The notes: generated by a model from the sequence alone, not told the origin. Shown: positions 30,116-41,300, counted from the stretch's first letter. The stretch is DNA of 64,000 nucleotides from Candidatus Latescibacterota bacterium (GCA_965223905.1 CBDCXV010000010.1:640001-704000), one strand, 5' to 3'. Program-made: numbers and translations.

Positions 30116-30510
30116 CGGCGCCGCCTGACATACGGGAGGTGGACGGGTTGCATGTATTGCAGGAGTGGGAGGGCTATGTGGTCAGTATCGAAGACGATGC
30201 CTTCGTGGCTCGGCTCGTCGATGTGACTGCTGGCAAGACATACGCAGACGAAGAAGCCATCATTCCTCTAGACCAAGTCTCCGAGCATGACGCCGCCAAC
30301 ATGGAGATAGGAAGTATCTTTCGCTGGGTGATCGGATACGAATTTTCGCCTGGGCAAACCCGCAAGTCGGTGTCGCGGATCGTTTTTCTCGACCTGGGCA
30401 GGATGACCGAAGACGACCTGCGGGCTGGCCGTGAGTGGGCGGACAAGATCGCGCGGGGAGCTCAATCCATGACGAGTACGGACCGCACCCTGCGTAATAT
30501 GCTGCCCTGA
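30112..30510 (+). CDS. Hypothetical beta-rich protein (LQEWEGYVV motif)
   Basis: GTGA overlap with the upstream stop; 132 aa, beta-strand pattern. Confidence 0.7.
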   Translation: MTAPPDIREVDGLHVLQEWEGYVVSIEDDAFVARLVDVTAGKTYADEEAIIPLDQVSEHDAANMEIGSIFRWVIGYEFSPGQTRKSVSRIVFLDLGRMTEDDLRAGREWADKIARGAQSMTSTDRTLRNMLP

Positions 30511-30650
30511 CCGCACCGAGGCATTTTGCACGACGACGACATGCGCGGGGCCACGCGCCCGGCGTACTCCTCTTGCATCCGGGATGGATTGTCCGTCGAG
30601 CCGCTGGGGGACGCCTGCCGCCCCGCTCGGGAATACGGTGGAACGAGACA

Positions 30651-33600
30651 ATGACCGACAGACGCCTGATCGAGGACTGGCTGCCGATCGCGGAACTCGG
30701 CATCGAGAGCACTCGCGAGCGGACCCCGATGACGCCGTTCCCGGCCCCGAACCGCCTGCACGTCTGGTGGGCGCGGCGGCCGCTGGTGGCGTCTCGGGCA
30801 GCCGTGCTCGCATCCCTGCTGCCGGCGGATGCGGACCACGAGAAGTTCCTGCACGTGCTGGGGATCCATGGGGATCCGGTGGCCACCCGGGAGAAGATCA
30901 ATTCCGCACGTCGACGAGGCGAGCGGTTCGAAGGTCAAGCGTACAGCTATCCCCGGGCCTTCGGTCATGTGCCCCAAGAGGCCGATGTTGAGTGGATATC
31001 CGCCGCTCTGGGTGCATCTCCAAGAAACTTCGCGGCTCTCGACCCGACCGCTGGCGGAGGGAGCATCCCCTTCGAAGCCCTCCGCCTCGGAGCGAAGGCT
31101 GTCGCGAACGACTTGAATCCGGTCTCGGCCCTGATCATGCGCGCGACGGTGGAGTGGCCGTCAAGGCACGGCCGTGACCTTGGGCCTGAATTCGCTGCAT
31201 TGTCGCGACGGTTCGTTCTCGAGAGGGAGGAGCGGCTCGCGCCGCATTTTCCCCAGGAATCCGAGCCGGACGCCATATCGACCAATTTCCTCTGGGCCCG
31301 CACCATCACCTGCCCGTACTGCGCCGGCCTTGTCCCGCTCTCCCCGAACTGGCGTCTGACGCCGGGCGGAACCGGGGTGCGGCTGAAGCCGGAGCTGGCT
31401 TCAGGACCGGGTTCCGAAGGCCGCGTCTGCTCGTTCGAAATCGTGGAGAACGCGCGGGACCAGTCGCCGGGCACGGTGTCGCGAGGCGATGGCGCGTGCC
31501 CGTATTCGGACTGCATCCGCGTCGTCGACGGCGGCGAGATCAAGAGCCAGGCCCAGGCCGGAGACATGGGCGAGCAGCTCTACGCGGTCGTGTACAAGAA
31601 GCGCGTGCCGGGCAAGCTGCTGAAGTCCGGCAAGCGCGGCAAGGACCGATGGGTCCGGGGCTACCGTGCGCCGGCGTCCGAGGACGACAACGGCGCGGAG
31701 ATCGCGGCGAGGCTCGCCGAGAAGCTGCCGGAGTGGGAGGCCCTCGACTTGGTGCCGGGCGAGAGGATTCCGGACGGCAACAAGACGACGGAACCCCACC
31801 GTTACGGGATGCAGGTCTGGCGCGACCTGTTCTCGCCGCGCCAGCTTCTCTGTCACGCCACCGGCGTCGAGGTCTTCCGGGAGATGCTGGAGGCGGACCG
31901 GGCAAACGGGGAGTTGACCGACGTTCGGAAAGCGGCGTATGGCTACTTGGCGTTGTCGCTCGACAAGCTGCTGAACTACAACTCTCGCATGTCGATTTGG
32001 ATGCCAACGCGAGAGGTGGTGGCGAACACCTTTAACCGCCATGATTTCGCGTTCTGTTGGTCTCATGCCGAAATGGCCCCGCTAATCGCCGGGCTAGGCT
32101 ACGACTGGGCAATCCGCCAGACCGCCAAGTGCATCGACGAGCTCGTCGCGCTGGTGCGCCCCGATGCCGACATCGAGAACGACGATCTCTTCGACGATGC
32201 GAATGAGGCGAACTACAGACCGCCGCCGATCACGATTTCCTGCAAGCCGGGCGACAGCCTCGACCACATCGAAGACGGCAGCATCGACGCCGTGGTCATG
32301 GACCCGCCCTACTACGACAACGTGATGTACGCCGAGTTGTCGGACTTCTTCTACGTCTGGCTCAAGCGCACCGCCGGCCATCTCTTCCCCGACCTGTTCC
32401 GCCGCCACCTGACCGACAAGGAGAACGAGGCGGTTGCCAATCCGGCGCGGTTCCAGGGCCAGAAGGGCGCGAAGGCGCTGGCGGGCCGGGACTATCAGGA
32501 GCGCATGGCGTCGATCTTCGCCGAGTGCCGCCGGGTACTGAAGCCCGGCGGCATCATGACGCTCATGTTCACGCACAAGGCGACCGGCGCCTGGGACGCG
32601 CTGACCAAGGGCCTGATGGAGGCCGGCTTCGCAATCACCGCGTCCTGGCCGGTCAACACCGAGGCCGAGGGCAGCCTGCACATCCGCAACAAGGCGGCGG
32701 CCAACAGCACCGTCTTTCTGGTCTGCCGCCCGCCGCATCCTGGCGCTGACCGCGCTGACGAGGAATACGCAGAAGAGGTTCGCGAAGGGGCGCCGCCGTA
32801 CGGAGAGTCCCCGACCTCCCTCTATTGGGAAGACGTGGAGCCGAAGGTGGCGCAGGCCGTCCGAGCGAAGGTTGAAGAGTTCCAGAACTCCGGCATTGTC
32901 GGGGTCGATCTCTATCTCGCTTCGTTCGGGCCGGCGTTGGAGGAGTTCTCCCGCCACTGGCCCTTGAGGCGGGGAACGCCGCGCGAGGTGCCCGAGGAGC
33001 GCCGGCGGCGGCTCCAGCATGTGTTGTTCGAAGAGGAATGGGATCCCTACGCGGCGACTCCGGAGGACGCTCTCGACGTGGCCCGGCGCGAGGTCAAGCG
33101 CTGGCGCCTGGAGCAACTGACCCATCTCAAGGCCGATGCCGATCTCGACCCCACCACGGCCTTCTTCGTGCTCGCCTGGGACGCCTTCAAGGCGCCGATA
33201 TTCCTCTATGACGAGGCCCTCCGGCTCGCCCGCGCCGTTGGTGTCGATCTCGACGGCGACATCATCGGACGACTGGCGCAGAAGAAGGGCAGCGATCTGC
33301 TGATGTGGGACAGCGCCCGCCGTGCGGCCAAGGGGTCACTCGGCCCGGCGGATGGTTCCCGAGGCATGATCGACGCCATCCACCATGCCGCCAACATGGC
33401 CCGCGCCCGCTCTCTCGAGGCCTCCCGGGACCTGCTGGCCGAGACGCTGGTCGACCAGGACCCGCGCTTCTACTCCGGCCTCGAAGCCGTGCTGGAGGTG
33501 CTCCCGGTGTCCGGGGCCTTTACCGGCATCGAACTCGAAGGCGAGGCGGCCGCCGCCAGCAACGACTTCGAAGCTCTCTACAACCTGTACCGTCTCGCCT

Positions 33601-33659
33601 ACAGCGATCAGATCGATGAGCCTGAGCAACTCAAGCTCTGGCAAGACGATGACCTGTGA
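30651..33659 (+). CDS. DUF1156 family DNA amino-methyltransferase with Zn ribbon
   Basis: RLIEDWLPI, LHVWWARRPL, SAM motif DPTAGGGSIP, CPYC...CPYSDC, catalytic DPPYYDN, RVLKPGG. Confidence 0.93.
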   Translation: MTDRRLIEDWLPIAELGIESTRERTPMTPFPAPNRLHVWWARRPLVASRAAVLASLLPADADHEKFLHVLGIHGDPVATREKINSARRRGERFEGQAYSYPRAFGHVPQEADVEWISAALGASPRNFAALDPTAGGGSIPFEALRLGAKAVANDLNPVSALIMRATVEWPSRHGRDLGPEFAALSRRFVLEREERLAPHFPQESEPDAISTNFLWARTITCPYCAGLVPLSPNWRLTPGGTGVRLKPELASGPGSEGRVCSFEIVENARDQSPGTVSRGDGACPYSDCIRVVDGGEIKSQAQAGDMGEQLYAVVYKKRVPGKLLKSGKRGKDRWVRGYRAPASEDDNGAEIAARLAEKLPEWEALDLVPGERIPDGNKTTEPHRYGMQVWRDLFSPRQLLCHATGVEVFREMLEADRANGELTDVRKAAYGYLALSLDKLLNYNSRMSIWMPTREVVANTFNRHDFAFCWSHAEMAPLIAGLGYDWAIRQTAKCIDELVALVRPDADIENDDLFDDANEANYRPPPITISCKPGDSLDHIEDGSIDAVVMDPPYYDNVMYAELSDFFYVWLKRTAGHLFPDLFRRHLTDKENEAVANPARFQGQKGAKALAGRDYQERMASIFAECRRVLKPGGIMTLMFTHKATGAWDALTKGLMEAGFAITASWPVNTEAEGSLHIRNKAAANSTVFLVCRPPHPGADRADEEYAEEVREGAPPYGESPTSLYWEDVEPKVAQAVRAKVEEFQNSGIVGVDLYLASFGPALEEFSRHWPLRRGTPREVPEERRRRLQHVLFEEEWDPYAATPEDALDVARREVKRWRLEQLTHLKADADLDPTTAFFVLAWDAFKAPIFLYDEALRLARAVGVDLDGDIIGRLAQKKGSDLLMWDSARRAAKGSLGPADGSRGMIDAIHHAANMARARSLEASRDLLAETLVDQDPRFYSGLEAVLEVLPVSGAFTGIELEGEAAAASNDFEALYNLYRLAYSDQIDEPEQLKLWQDDDL

Positions 33660-36600
33660 GCATGCTGCGTGATCGCACATGGCAGCTCAAGTACACCCCC
33701 GATGACGGCGATCTCGTCACCCTGTTCTATCTCCCCGCCCTCGAGGACGCCGAGCGCTACGACCGCCTGACCGGATACTTCAATGCCTGCGCCCTGTCCC
33801 TTGCGGCGCGCGGCATCGAGGGGCTGGTCCGAAACGGGGGCCGAATGCGTCTCGTCGCCGGCTGCACTCTGGCGGCGCCGGAAATCGAGGCGATCGAAAG
33901 GGGAGAGCAGTTGCGTGACCTCGTCGAACGGCGTTTGACGAGTCCCCCCCTCGACCCGCCGGACTCCGACTCTTCCCAAGCCCTGGAACTGCTGGCCTGG
34001 ATGGTGGCCCGCGGCTTCCTCGATGTGAAGGTCGCCGTGCCTTGCGATGCCGATTCCAAGCCGATCCCCGCGGACGGCATCTTTCACGAGAAGGCCGGGA
34101 TCATCCAAGACCGGGGCGGTGACAAGATCGCCTGGAATGGCAGCGTCAACGAGACGGCCGCCGGCTGGCAGTACAACTGGGAGAGCATCAGCGTCTTTAC
34201 AAGCTGGGGTCCGGAGCCCCGCAGGGTTGAAGATGAGGAGGCCAACTTCGCCCGCATATGGGCGAACAAGGCGCAACGCGTGATCGTCCTCGACGTGCCC
34301 GATGCTGCGCGCCGTGACCTGATGCGCTTCATGCCGGCGAACGACAGGCCCGCCCGCCTCGACAAGCTCGAGAGCAAACCGGTGAAGCCCTTGCCCGAAG
34401 AGCCGGACTCTCCACCCCGGGAACCCAGAGACTCGCCGCAGGGCGGGCAGGTGGATCTACGAAGCCGCGTCTGGTCCTTCATCCGGCATGCTCCCACATT
34501 GTCACAGACGGGAGAACGTGTAGGCGAGATGACCTCGGCGGTCACTCCCTGGCCTCACCAGGTGAGAGCCTTTGAGCGCCTCTACCACAATTGGCCGCCC
34601 AGACTGCTGATCGCCGATGAAGTTGGCCTCGGTAAGACCATCCAGGCAGGCATGCTGTTGAGACAGGCCTGGCTCTCCGGTCGAGTCAAACGGATCCTGA
34701 TCCTGGCTCCCAAGGCTGTCCTGAACCAGTGGCAGATCGAGCTGCGCGAGAAGTTCAACCTCAACTGGCCGATCTACGACGGGAGCAAGCTGGTCTGGTA
34801 CCCTTCTCCGGCTTGGCGCGGACGGAACGAGCGCGATGCTGACCGCGACCACTGGCACCAGGAACCAGTGGTGATCGCCTCGAGCCACCTGATGCGACGG
34901 CGAGATCGTGCCGCGGCTCTTCTGGAGCAAGCCGAACCCTGGGACTTGGTGATACTCGACGAGGCCCACCATGCCCGCAGGCGCGCCGCGGGAAGCCCGC
35001 AGGAAGGCGGCCCCAACGCCCTTCTCCAGCTCATGCAGGGTCTCAAGAACCGAACGAAGGGATTGGTTCTGCTGACGGCCACGCCGATGCAGGTGCATCC
35101 CATTGAGGTCTGGGACCTGCTGGATCTCCTCGGCCTGCCGCCGGAGTGGGACTCCAAGGCGTTCCTCGACTTCTTCGAGGACATGGCGCAGGAGAGTCCC
35201 TCCGAGGAGGCCCTGGATCGTATGGCCGGGCTGTTCCGGTCAGCCGAAGGCGCATACGGGGCCGTCGAGACGGAGGAAGCCCAACGACGTGCCGACCTGA
35301 CGCCCTTGAAGGCCAACAAGATCCTCCGTGCCCTGCGTGACGCCGCCAGTATCCCGCGCCGTCAGCTGGAAACCACGGAACGCCGCGCCGCGATGAGAAT
35401 CATGCAGGCCCACACGCCGCTGCGCAGGCTGGTCTCTCGACACACGCGAGAGGTGCTGCGGCGGTACTTCAGGGCGGGAATGTTGACGACGCGGGTTGCT
35501 GATCGCCAGGTGGAAGACCGCTTTCTCCAGATGACTCCGGAAGAGCGGGAACTCTACGACGCGGTCGAGAAATACATCGCCAGTACCTACAACCAAGCCA
35601 GCGCGAAGGAGCGTACGGCCGTGGGCTTTGTCATGACCATCTATCGCCGCCGGCTGGCCAGCAGCTTCCGGGCCCTGAGCAGAACGCTTCAGAAGCATCG
35701 CGAAGCCATTGCCGCCGGGGATCAGGCACAGTTGGCGGGCCTCGACGAAGACGTTCCGGACGATGAACTGATCAGCGAGTACCCGGATACCGCCGAGCTG
35801 GAGAAACTCCAGCTCCAGGCTCTTGCGGCCGAGGAGGAGGCCGACATCCACGGTCTTCTCGACTCCATCGAGGGCCTCCCGCCCGACAGCAAGCTCGCAG
35901 GCCTGAAGAGCGCTCTTGACGAGGTGCGCCAGGACGGGTACAGCCAAGTGATGGTCTTCACCCAGTACACGGACACCATGGATTTCCTGCGCGAGGAGCT
36001 CCACAAGGACGCAGATTCGAGGCTGATGTGCTTCTCAGGGCGCGGTGGTGAAGTGCCGTCTGCTGACGGCACCTGGCGACGGATCACCCGCGACGACGCC
36101 AAGCGGCGGTTCCTCGAGGGTGAGGCCGACGTCCTTCTATGCACCGAGGCCGCGGCCGAGGGTTTGAACTTTCAGTTCTGCGGCGCCCTGATCAACTACG
36201 ACATGCCCTGGAACCCCATGAAGGTGGAGCAACGCATCGGCCGCATCGACCGGCTCGGCCAGCAACATTCCGTCATCCGGATTGTCAACCTGCACTACGA
36301 GGGCACAGTGGAAACCGACGTGTACCGGGCGCTCAGGGAACGCATCGGTCTGTTCGAGTCCGTGGTCGGGCGGCTGCAGCCCATTCTCGCCAGGCTCCCC
36401 GGTGTCATTTCGGAAACGGTACTGTCGGGCCGCGAGCGCGAGGAAGCGGAACGCGCTCGGGTCGTTAGCAGGATCGAACAGCAGGCAACTGAATCAGAGA
36501 GAAGCGGATTCGATATCGATGCGGTGACAGAAGAAGAACTCACCATGCCGGAGCGACCACGGTCACCGGTTACCATGGAAGACCTCGACCGGGTGATCGG

Positions 36601-36844
36601 AACCCCGGATCTCATGCCTCCCGGCTTCGATGTCCAGTCAATGAGAAACCGGGAATACGGCCTGCTGGCCCCTGGTATGATTGACCGCCTCCGCGTGACC
36701 ACTGATCCCGGGTATTTCGAGAAACATGCCGAGAGCATGGAGCTCTGGTCGCCGGGCAATGCGCTGTTTATCCCTCCGGAGTTCGCAACGCAGGAGGCCC
36801 CGCCCCCAGGCGACAAGACGTTGAAGGACATCCTGGACGGCTGA
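33656..36844 (+). CDS. PLD-like nuclease fused to SNF2-family helicase
   Basis: GYF, FHEKAGI (HxK), NGSVNET; IADEVGLGKT, DEAH, LTATP, VFTQY, EGLNFQ, NYDMPWNP, QRIGRIDRLGQ. GTGA overlap with the methylase. Confidence 0.93.
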   Translation: MSMLRDRTWQLKYTPDDGDLVTLFYLPALEDAERYDRLTGYFNACALSLAARGIEGLVRNGGRMRLVAGCTLAAPEIEAIERGEQLRDLVERRLTSPPLDPPDSDSSQALELLAWMVARGFLDVKVAVPCDADSKPIPADGIFHEKAGIIQDRGGDKIAWNGSVNETAAGWQYNWESISVFTSWGPEPRRVEDEEANFARIWANKAQRVIVLDVPDAARRDLMRFMPANDRPARLDKLESKPVKPLPEEPDSPPREPRDSPQGGQVDLRSRVWSFIRHAPTLSQTGERVGEMTSAVTPWPHQVRAFERLYHNWPPRLLIADEVGLGKTIQAGMLLRQAWLSGRVKRILILAPKAVLNQWQIELREKFNLNWPIYDGSKLVWYPSPAWRGRNERDADRDHWHQEPVVIASSHLMRRRDRAAALLEQAEPWDLVILDEAHHARRRAAGSPQEGGPNALLQLMQGLKNRTKGLVLLTATPMQVHPIEVWDLLDLLGLPPEWDSKAFLDFFEDMAQESPSEEALDRMAGLFRSAEGAYGAVETEEAQRRADLTPLKANKILRALRDAASIPRRQLETTERRAAMRIMQAHTPLRRLVSRHTREVLRRYFRAGMLTTRVADRQVEDRFLQMTPEERELYDAVEKYIASTYNQASAKERTAVGFVMTIYRRRLASSFRALSRTLQKHREAIAAGDQAQLAGLDEDVPDDELISEYPDTAELEKLQLQALAAEEEADIHGLLDSIEGLPPDSKLAGLKSALDEVRQDGYSQVMVFTQYTDTMDFLREELHKDADSRLMCFSGRGGEVPSADGTWRRITRDDAKRRFLEGEADVLLCTEAAAEGLNFQFCGALINYDMPWNPMKVEQRIGRIDRLGQQHSVIRIVNLHYEGTVETDVYRALRERIGLFESVVGRLQPILARLPGVISETVLSGREREEAERARVVSRIEQQATESERSGFDIDAVTEEELTMPERPRSPVTMEDLDRVIGTPDLMPPGFDVQSMRNREYGLLAPGMIDRLRVTTDPGYFEKHAESMELWSPGNALFIPPEFATQEAPPPGDKTLKDILDG

Positions 36845-37010
36845 CTCATTCGCAGGCCGCGGGCGCGGTTTGCTGAGTGCCACTGTACAAGGATCGGCAC
36901 GCCCGGTACCCAGTCGCGACTCCCTCAAGACGATCTCCCGAAGGGCGACCGTCTCCTCCCCCCCGGCATCCGTCCCGCCCCCCTCAGTACAGAAGCAAAT
37001 GCCCCTTTTT

Positions 37011-37060
37011 TTGACTGTGCCTGGTTTTGCCAACATATTTGTTTGCAACAAATCCGTTGG
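37011..37060 (+). promoter_or_regulatory. Sigma70-like promoter overlapped by a palindromic operator
   Basis: TTGACT(37011)-N17-CATATT(37034); inverted repeat CCAAC-AT-ATTTGTT-TGC-AACAAAT-CC-GTTGG at 37030-37060. Confidence 0.65.
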
Positions 37061-37077
37061 AGACGAATGGCAAAGGG

Positions 37078-38343
37078 ATGTCACTCAGGAAAGCCGGGGC
37101 AAATTGGGTTGAGGGGGATCGGTTCTTCGACCGGGAGAGCGAGCTTGAAGCGCTCACCGAGCGGGTAAGGGACGGAACCCACACGCTGTTGACTGCCCAG
37201 CGGCGGATGGGCAAAACGAGCCTGGTTCGGGAGCTACAGCGTCGCTTACAGGCAGAGGCCAAGTTCGAGATGGTCTTCGTCGATCTGGAGGGCGCTGCAA
37301 CCCCTGCAGATGCCATAGCCGAAATCGGGGTTCAGTCGAGGTCGGTGCAGGGCGCATGGCGCCGGATCAAGGCTTGGCTCGCCAACAACTTATTGGAGGT
37401 CGGGATCGGCGCTCGGCTAGATGAGCTGGCTGCACCCGAGGTGTGGGTAAAGCTCCGCGCCGCGATCGATGCCGGAAACTGGCGGCAGAAAGGTGACGAG
37501 GTCTTCGCTGCTCTGGCGAAGAATGATCGTCGTGTGGTGCTGGCAATCGACGAACTCCCGATTCTCGTCAACCGGTTGCTGAAAGGAGACGACTACCGCA
37601 TCACGCCAGAGCGACGGCAGGCGGTTGACGAGTTCTTGGGCTGGCTTCGCAAGAACGGCCAGGCGCATCGTGGCCGAATCTGTCTGATCCTCTCCGGCAG
37701 CGTCAGTCTCGAACCGATCCTGCGACAGGCCGGGCTCAGCGCCCACGCTAACATCTTCTTCCCCTTCGATCTGAAGTCCTGGGACGATGAGACCGCCGCC
37801 GCCTGCCTCGCGGAGCTGGCCAACAGTTATTGCCTCGATCTCCCCCTCCCGGTCCGCTTGGAGATGTGCCGCAAACTGCGGTGTCAGATTCCCCACCATG
37901 TGCAGCAATTCTTCGACAACCTTCACGAAGATCTGCGCAGCGCCGGCCGGAGCGAAGCCACGATGACCGACGTAGAGCGGGTGTACACCACTGAAATGCT
38001 CGCCGTCCGAGGACAGATGGACCTCGATCATTACGAGAGCCGGCTGAAAATGGTGCTCGGGCGGGAGGTTTATGGAATCGCCCTTGAGATATTGACCGAA
38101 GCCGCGGTCGATGACGGCCAGTTGAGCAGCGATGTCGTCGACAGGTACCGCGAGTATTTCCAAGGCCGGGCCCAAGCCGAAACCGAGGCGGACCCGGTCC
38201 CGATCGAGGACGTGCTCTACGTGCTCGAACATGACGGGTACCTTGAGCGGCAGGGCGACGGCTACCGGTTCGTATCGGGTCTGCTCGAAGACTGGTGGCG
38301 CGCTCGGCACAGCCGGCACTTCGTCCCCATCAAACTGCGCTGA
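37078..38343 (+). CDS. STAND-like (archaeal-type) P-loop ATPase with C-terminal winged helix
   Basis: FFDRESE, Walker A variant TAQRRMGKTS, Walker B LAIDE, LSGS, LEHDGYL...FVSGLLEDWW. Confidence 0.85.
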   Translation: MSLRKAGANWVEGDRFFDRESELEALTERVRDGTHTLLTAQRRMGKTSLVRELQRRLQAEAKFEMVFVDLEGAATPADAIAEIGVQSRSVQGAWRRIKAWLANNLLEVGIGARLDELAAPEVWVKLRAAIDAGNWRQKGDEVFAALAKNDRRVVLAIDELPILVNRLLKGDDYRITPERRQAVDEFLGWLRKNGQAHRGRICLILSGSVSLEPILRQAGLSAHANIFFPFDLKSWDDETAAACLAELANSYCLDLPLPVRLEMCRKLRCQIPHHVQQFFDNLHEDLRSAGRSEATMTDVERVYTTEMLAVRGQMDLDHYESRLKMVLGREVYGIALEILTEAAVDDGQLSSDVVDRYREYFQGRAQAETEADPVPIEDVLYVLEHDGYLERQGDGYRFVSGLLEDWWRARHSRHFVPIKLR

Positions 38344-38364
38344 ATCATAACGGAGCAGGAAACG

Positions 38365-41300
38365 ATGACCGTGACCGCCAGGAAGTACAACCCGGGGTTC
38401 CTCACCGACGAGGAGCTGATGGCCTCGTTCTGCGTGAGGACGGGGGAGTTCGAATCGATCATCGAAATGCTGCGCGAATGCACCGGACCCTCGAATCCGC
38501 ATCAAATCGTGATCGGCCCTCGCGGCAGCGGCAAGACAAGCCTGCTTCTGCGCGTCGCAGCCGAAGTGCGCCGGGACCCGGAGTTGTCGCGGGGCTTTTT
38601 TCCGGTCGTCTTCGCGGAGGAGAGCTACGAAGTCGACACCGCCGGGGAGTTCTGGCTGGAATCCCTGTCGCGGCTGGCGGACCAAGCACCCCATCAGGAG
38701 GACGCCCCCGACCTGCACCGAACCTTCGCAGACCTGCGCACCATCCAGGACGACAGGACACTCGGCGAGCGTTGCCTGGGCGCTCTGCTCGACTTCTCGG
38801 ACCGGGAGGGCAAACGGCTCGTGCTGATGGTCGAGAATCTGGGCATGATGTTCAAAGACATGTCGGACCAGGAGGCGGGTTGGCGGCTGCGCAAGATCCT
38901 TCAGACCGAGCCGCGGATCATCCTGCTCGCAAGCGCGACCAGCCGCTTCGACGAGATCGACCACCCGGACCACGCCCTCTACGACTTGCTCCGGGTACGC
39001 ACGCTACGCCCTCTCGACACCGACGAGTGCACCGTGCTTTGGGAAGCAGTGGCCGGCAAACAGCCCCGGTCCGAGACGATCCGGTCACTGGAGATTCTCA
39101 CCGGCGGCAGCCCGCGCCTCGTTGCGATCGTGGCCCGGTTCCGCGCGGGGCGCTCTTTTCGCCAGCTCATGGAAGATCTTCTCGACCTCGTCGACGACCA
39201 TACGGAATACTTCAAAAGCCACATCGAATCGCTACCCGCACAGGAGCGGCGGGTCTACCTCGCCCTCGCGGACCTTTGGAAGCCGGCGACCACGAGGGAG
39301 ATCGCCGACAGAACCCGGATCGAAACGAGCAAATGCAGCGCCCAGCTTACCCGCCTCACCGAACGAGGCGTCGTCCAAGTCACGGGCGGCAGCGCCCGGC
39401 GCAAGCAGTATTACCTGACCGAACGGCTGTACAACATCTACTACCTGCTGCGGCGAAACCGCGGGCCGGACTCACTGATCGAGACCCTTATCCAGTTCAT
39501 GGAGTCGTACTACTCTCCAACGGAGCTTATGGAGATCGGCGCCGGTATAGTCCGGGAATTGGACGCCTTCGATACCGAGAAGCAATTGCTGCACCGGGCT
39601 GCGCTCGCACGATTGGTAGAGTTGCCGGCTCTATCCAGGCATCGGGACGAGCTGTTGGCAAGGGTACCACAGAGCTTGTTGAAACCAGACAGGAGTCCGG
39701 TCCTGCCCAGTGGGGCGGACACGGCTTCTGCGGGAACAGATGAATCCAAAGAATTGGCAGCGGCTACGGATCTCTTCAACAACGCGGTCGAGTTGCAGAA
39801 CCGGAACAGGCGGGAGGAGGCGCTGGCCGCCTATGACGAACTGACACGTCGATTTGGGGAAAAGGAGACCCCGGCAGTTGTCGGTCTGGTCGCCAGGGCT
39901 CTCGTCAACAAAGGAGCTTTACTTGGCTGGGGAGACCTGCTTGATGAGCCAAACATGGAAGAAAACGCACTTACTGCCGTTGTCGAAACGATTAATCGAT
40001 CTGGAAGCCGCCGGGATGCGTTAAACCTTCCCGATATGCACTCAATGATGGGAGTCAGTAATGGTTCTGGAATGAACCGGATGCAGGACGCACTGGATGT
40101 CTACGACGACGTGGTGCGTCGATTCGGGGAGAGCAAGATGCCGGACCTTCTCGAGCCAGTCTCCGCAGCGCTCATAGACAAAGGAACCCTGCTCATCTGC
40201 TTGAACCAAATGGAGGAAGCGCTTGCTGTCTACGACGACGTGGTGCGCCGATTCGGGGAGAGCAAAATGCCGAACCTTCTCAGGCCGGTCGCCGCGGCGC
40301 TCATGGGAAAAGGTGCCCTGTTCGGGATGCTGAAGCTGCCACATAAAGCGCTGGCCGCCTTTGACGAGGTGATTGAACGGTTCGGGGAGAGGGAGATGCC
40401 AAACCTTCTTGAACTTGTCGCCGCGGCGCTCGTAGGTAAAGGGGGTCTACTAAGGGAAATGAATCGGCCACGAGCAGCACTGGCCGCCTATGACGAAGTG
40501 GTGGTTCGATGTGGAGAAAGCGAATCACCGAGGTTTCTTCGACTGGTCGCGGAGGGCATCGTAAGCAAGGGGGTACTACTCGGGGAGTTGAATCGGCCAG
40601 ATGAAGCGCTTGCCGCCCTTGACGAAGCTGTTTCCCGGTTCGGGCAAAGCGAATCACCGATGGTCCTTCGACTGACCGCAGAGGCCCTCGTAACCAGGGG
40701 GATCACACTCGGCAGGATGAATCGGCTGGAGGAAACACTGGAAACCCTTCACGAAGTGGTGCAACGGTTCGGAAAAAGCGAGATACCGATGGTCCCCCAA
40801 CTGGTTGCGATGGCCCTCTTCTACATGGGAGTCACATTCGGCAGGATGAACCGGGCAGAGGAAGCACTAGCCCCTTATGACGAGGTCGTAAAGCGATTCG
40901 AGAAAAGCGAGACATCGGTACCTCTCGAGTTCGTTGTCAAAGCCCTTGTTCACAAGGGGATAGAACTCATCAACTTGAACCGAACAGAGGAAGCACTGGC
41001 CCCCTTGAACGAGGTGGTGCGGCGATTCAGGGAGAGTGAGACGCCGGCCGTTCTCGAAATGGTCGCATCGGCCTTCGTCGGAAAAGGGATCATACTCAAC
41101 GACTTGGATCGGTCAGAGCAAGCGCTGGCCGTCTTTGAGGAAATGCTGTGCTGTTTTGGGGAAAGCGAGAGCCATGCAGTTCTAAGCCAAGTAGTGATTG
41201 CCCTTCTGAACAAGGGTGGCACACTCATGGGGCTAAACCGGCCAGAGGAAGCGCTGGTCGCTTTTGACGAAGTAGTGCGTCGATTCGGGGACGATAGTTC

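Noticed and set aside
23407-36844. Calling the operon canonical BREX or DISARM
   Set aside because: No PglZ, BrxA/B/L or DrmA/B genes seen; the gene content fits the DUF499-DUF1156 restriction-like type.
36844-36878. GC hairpin right after the helicase stop
   Set aside because: No U-tract, so it is not called a terminator; single copy, so not a REP family.
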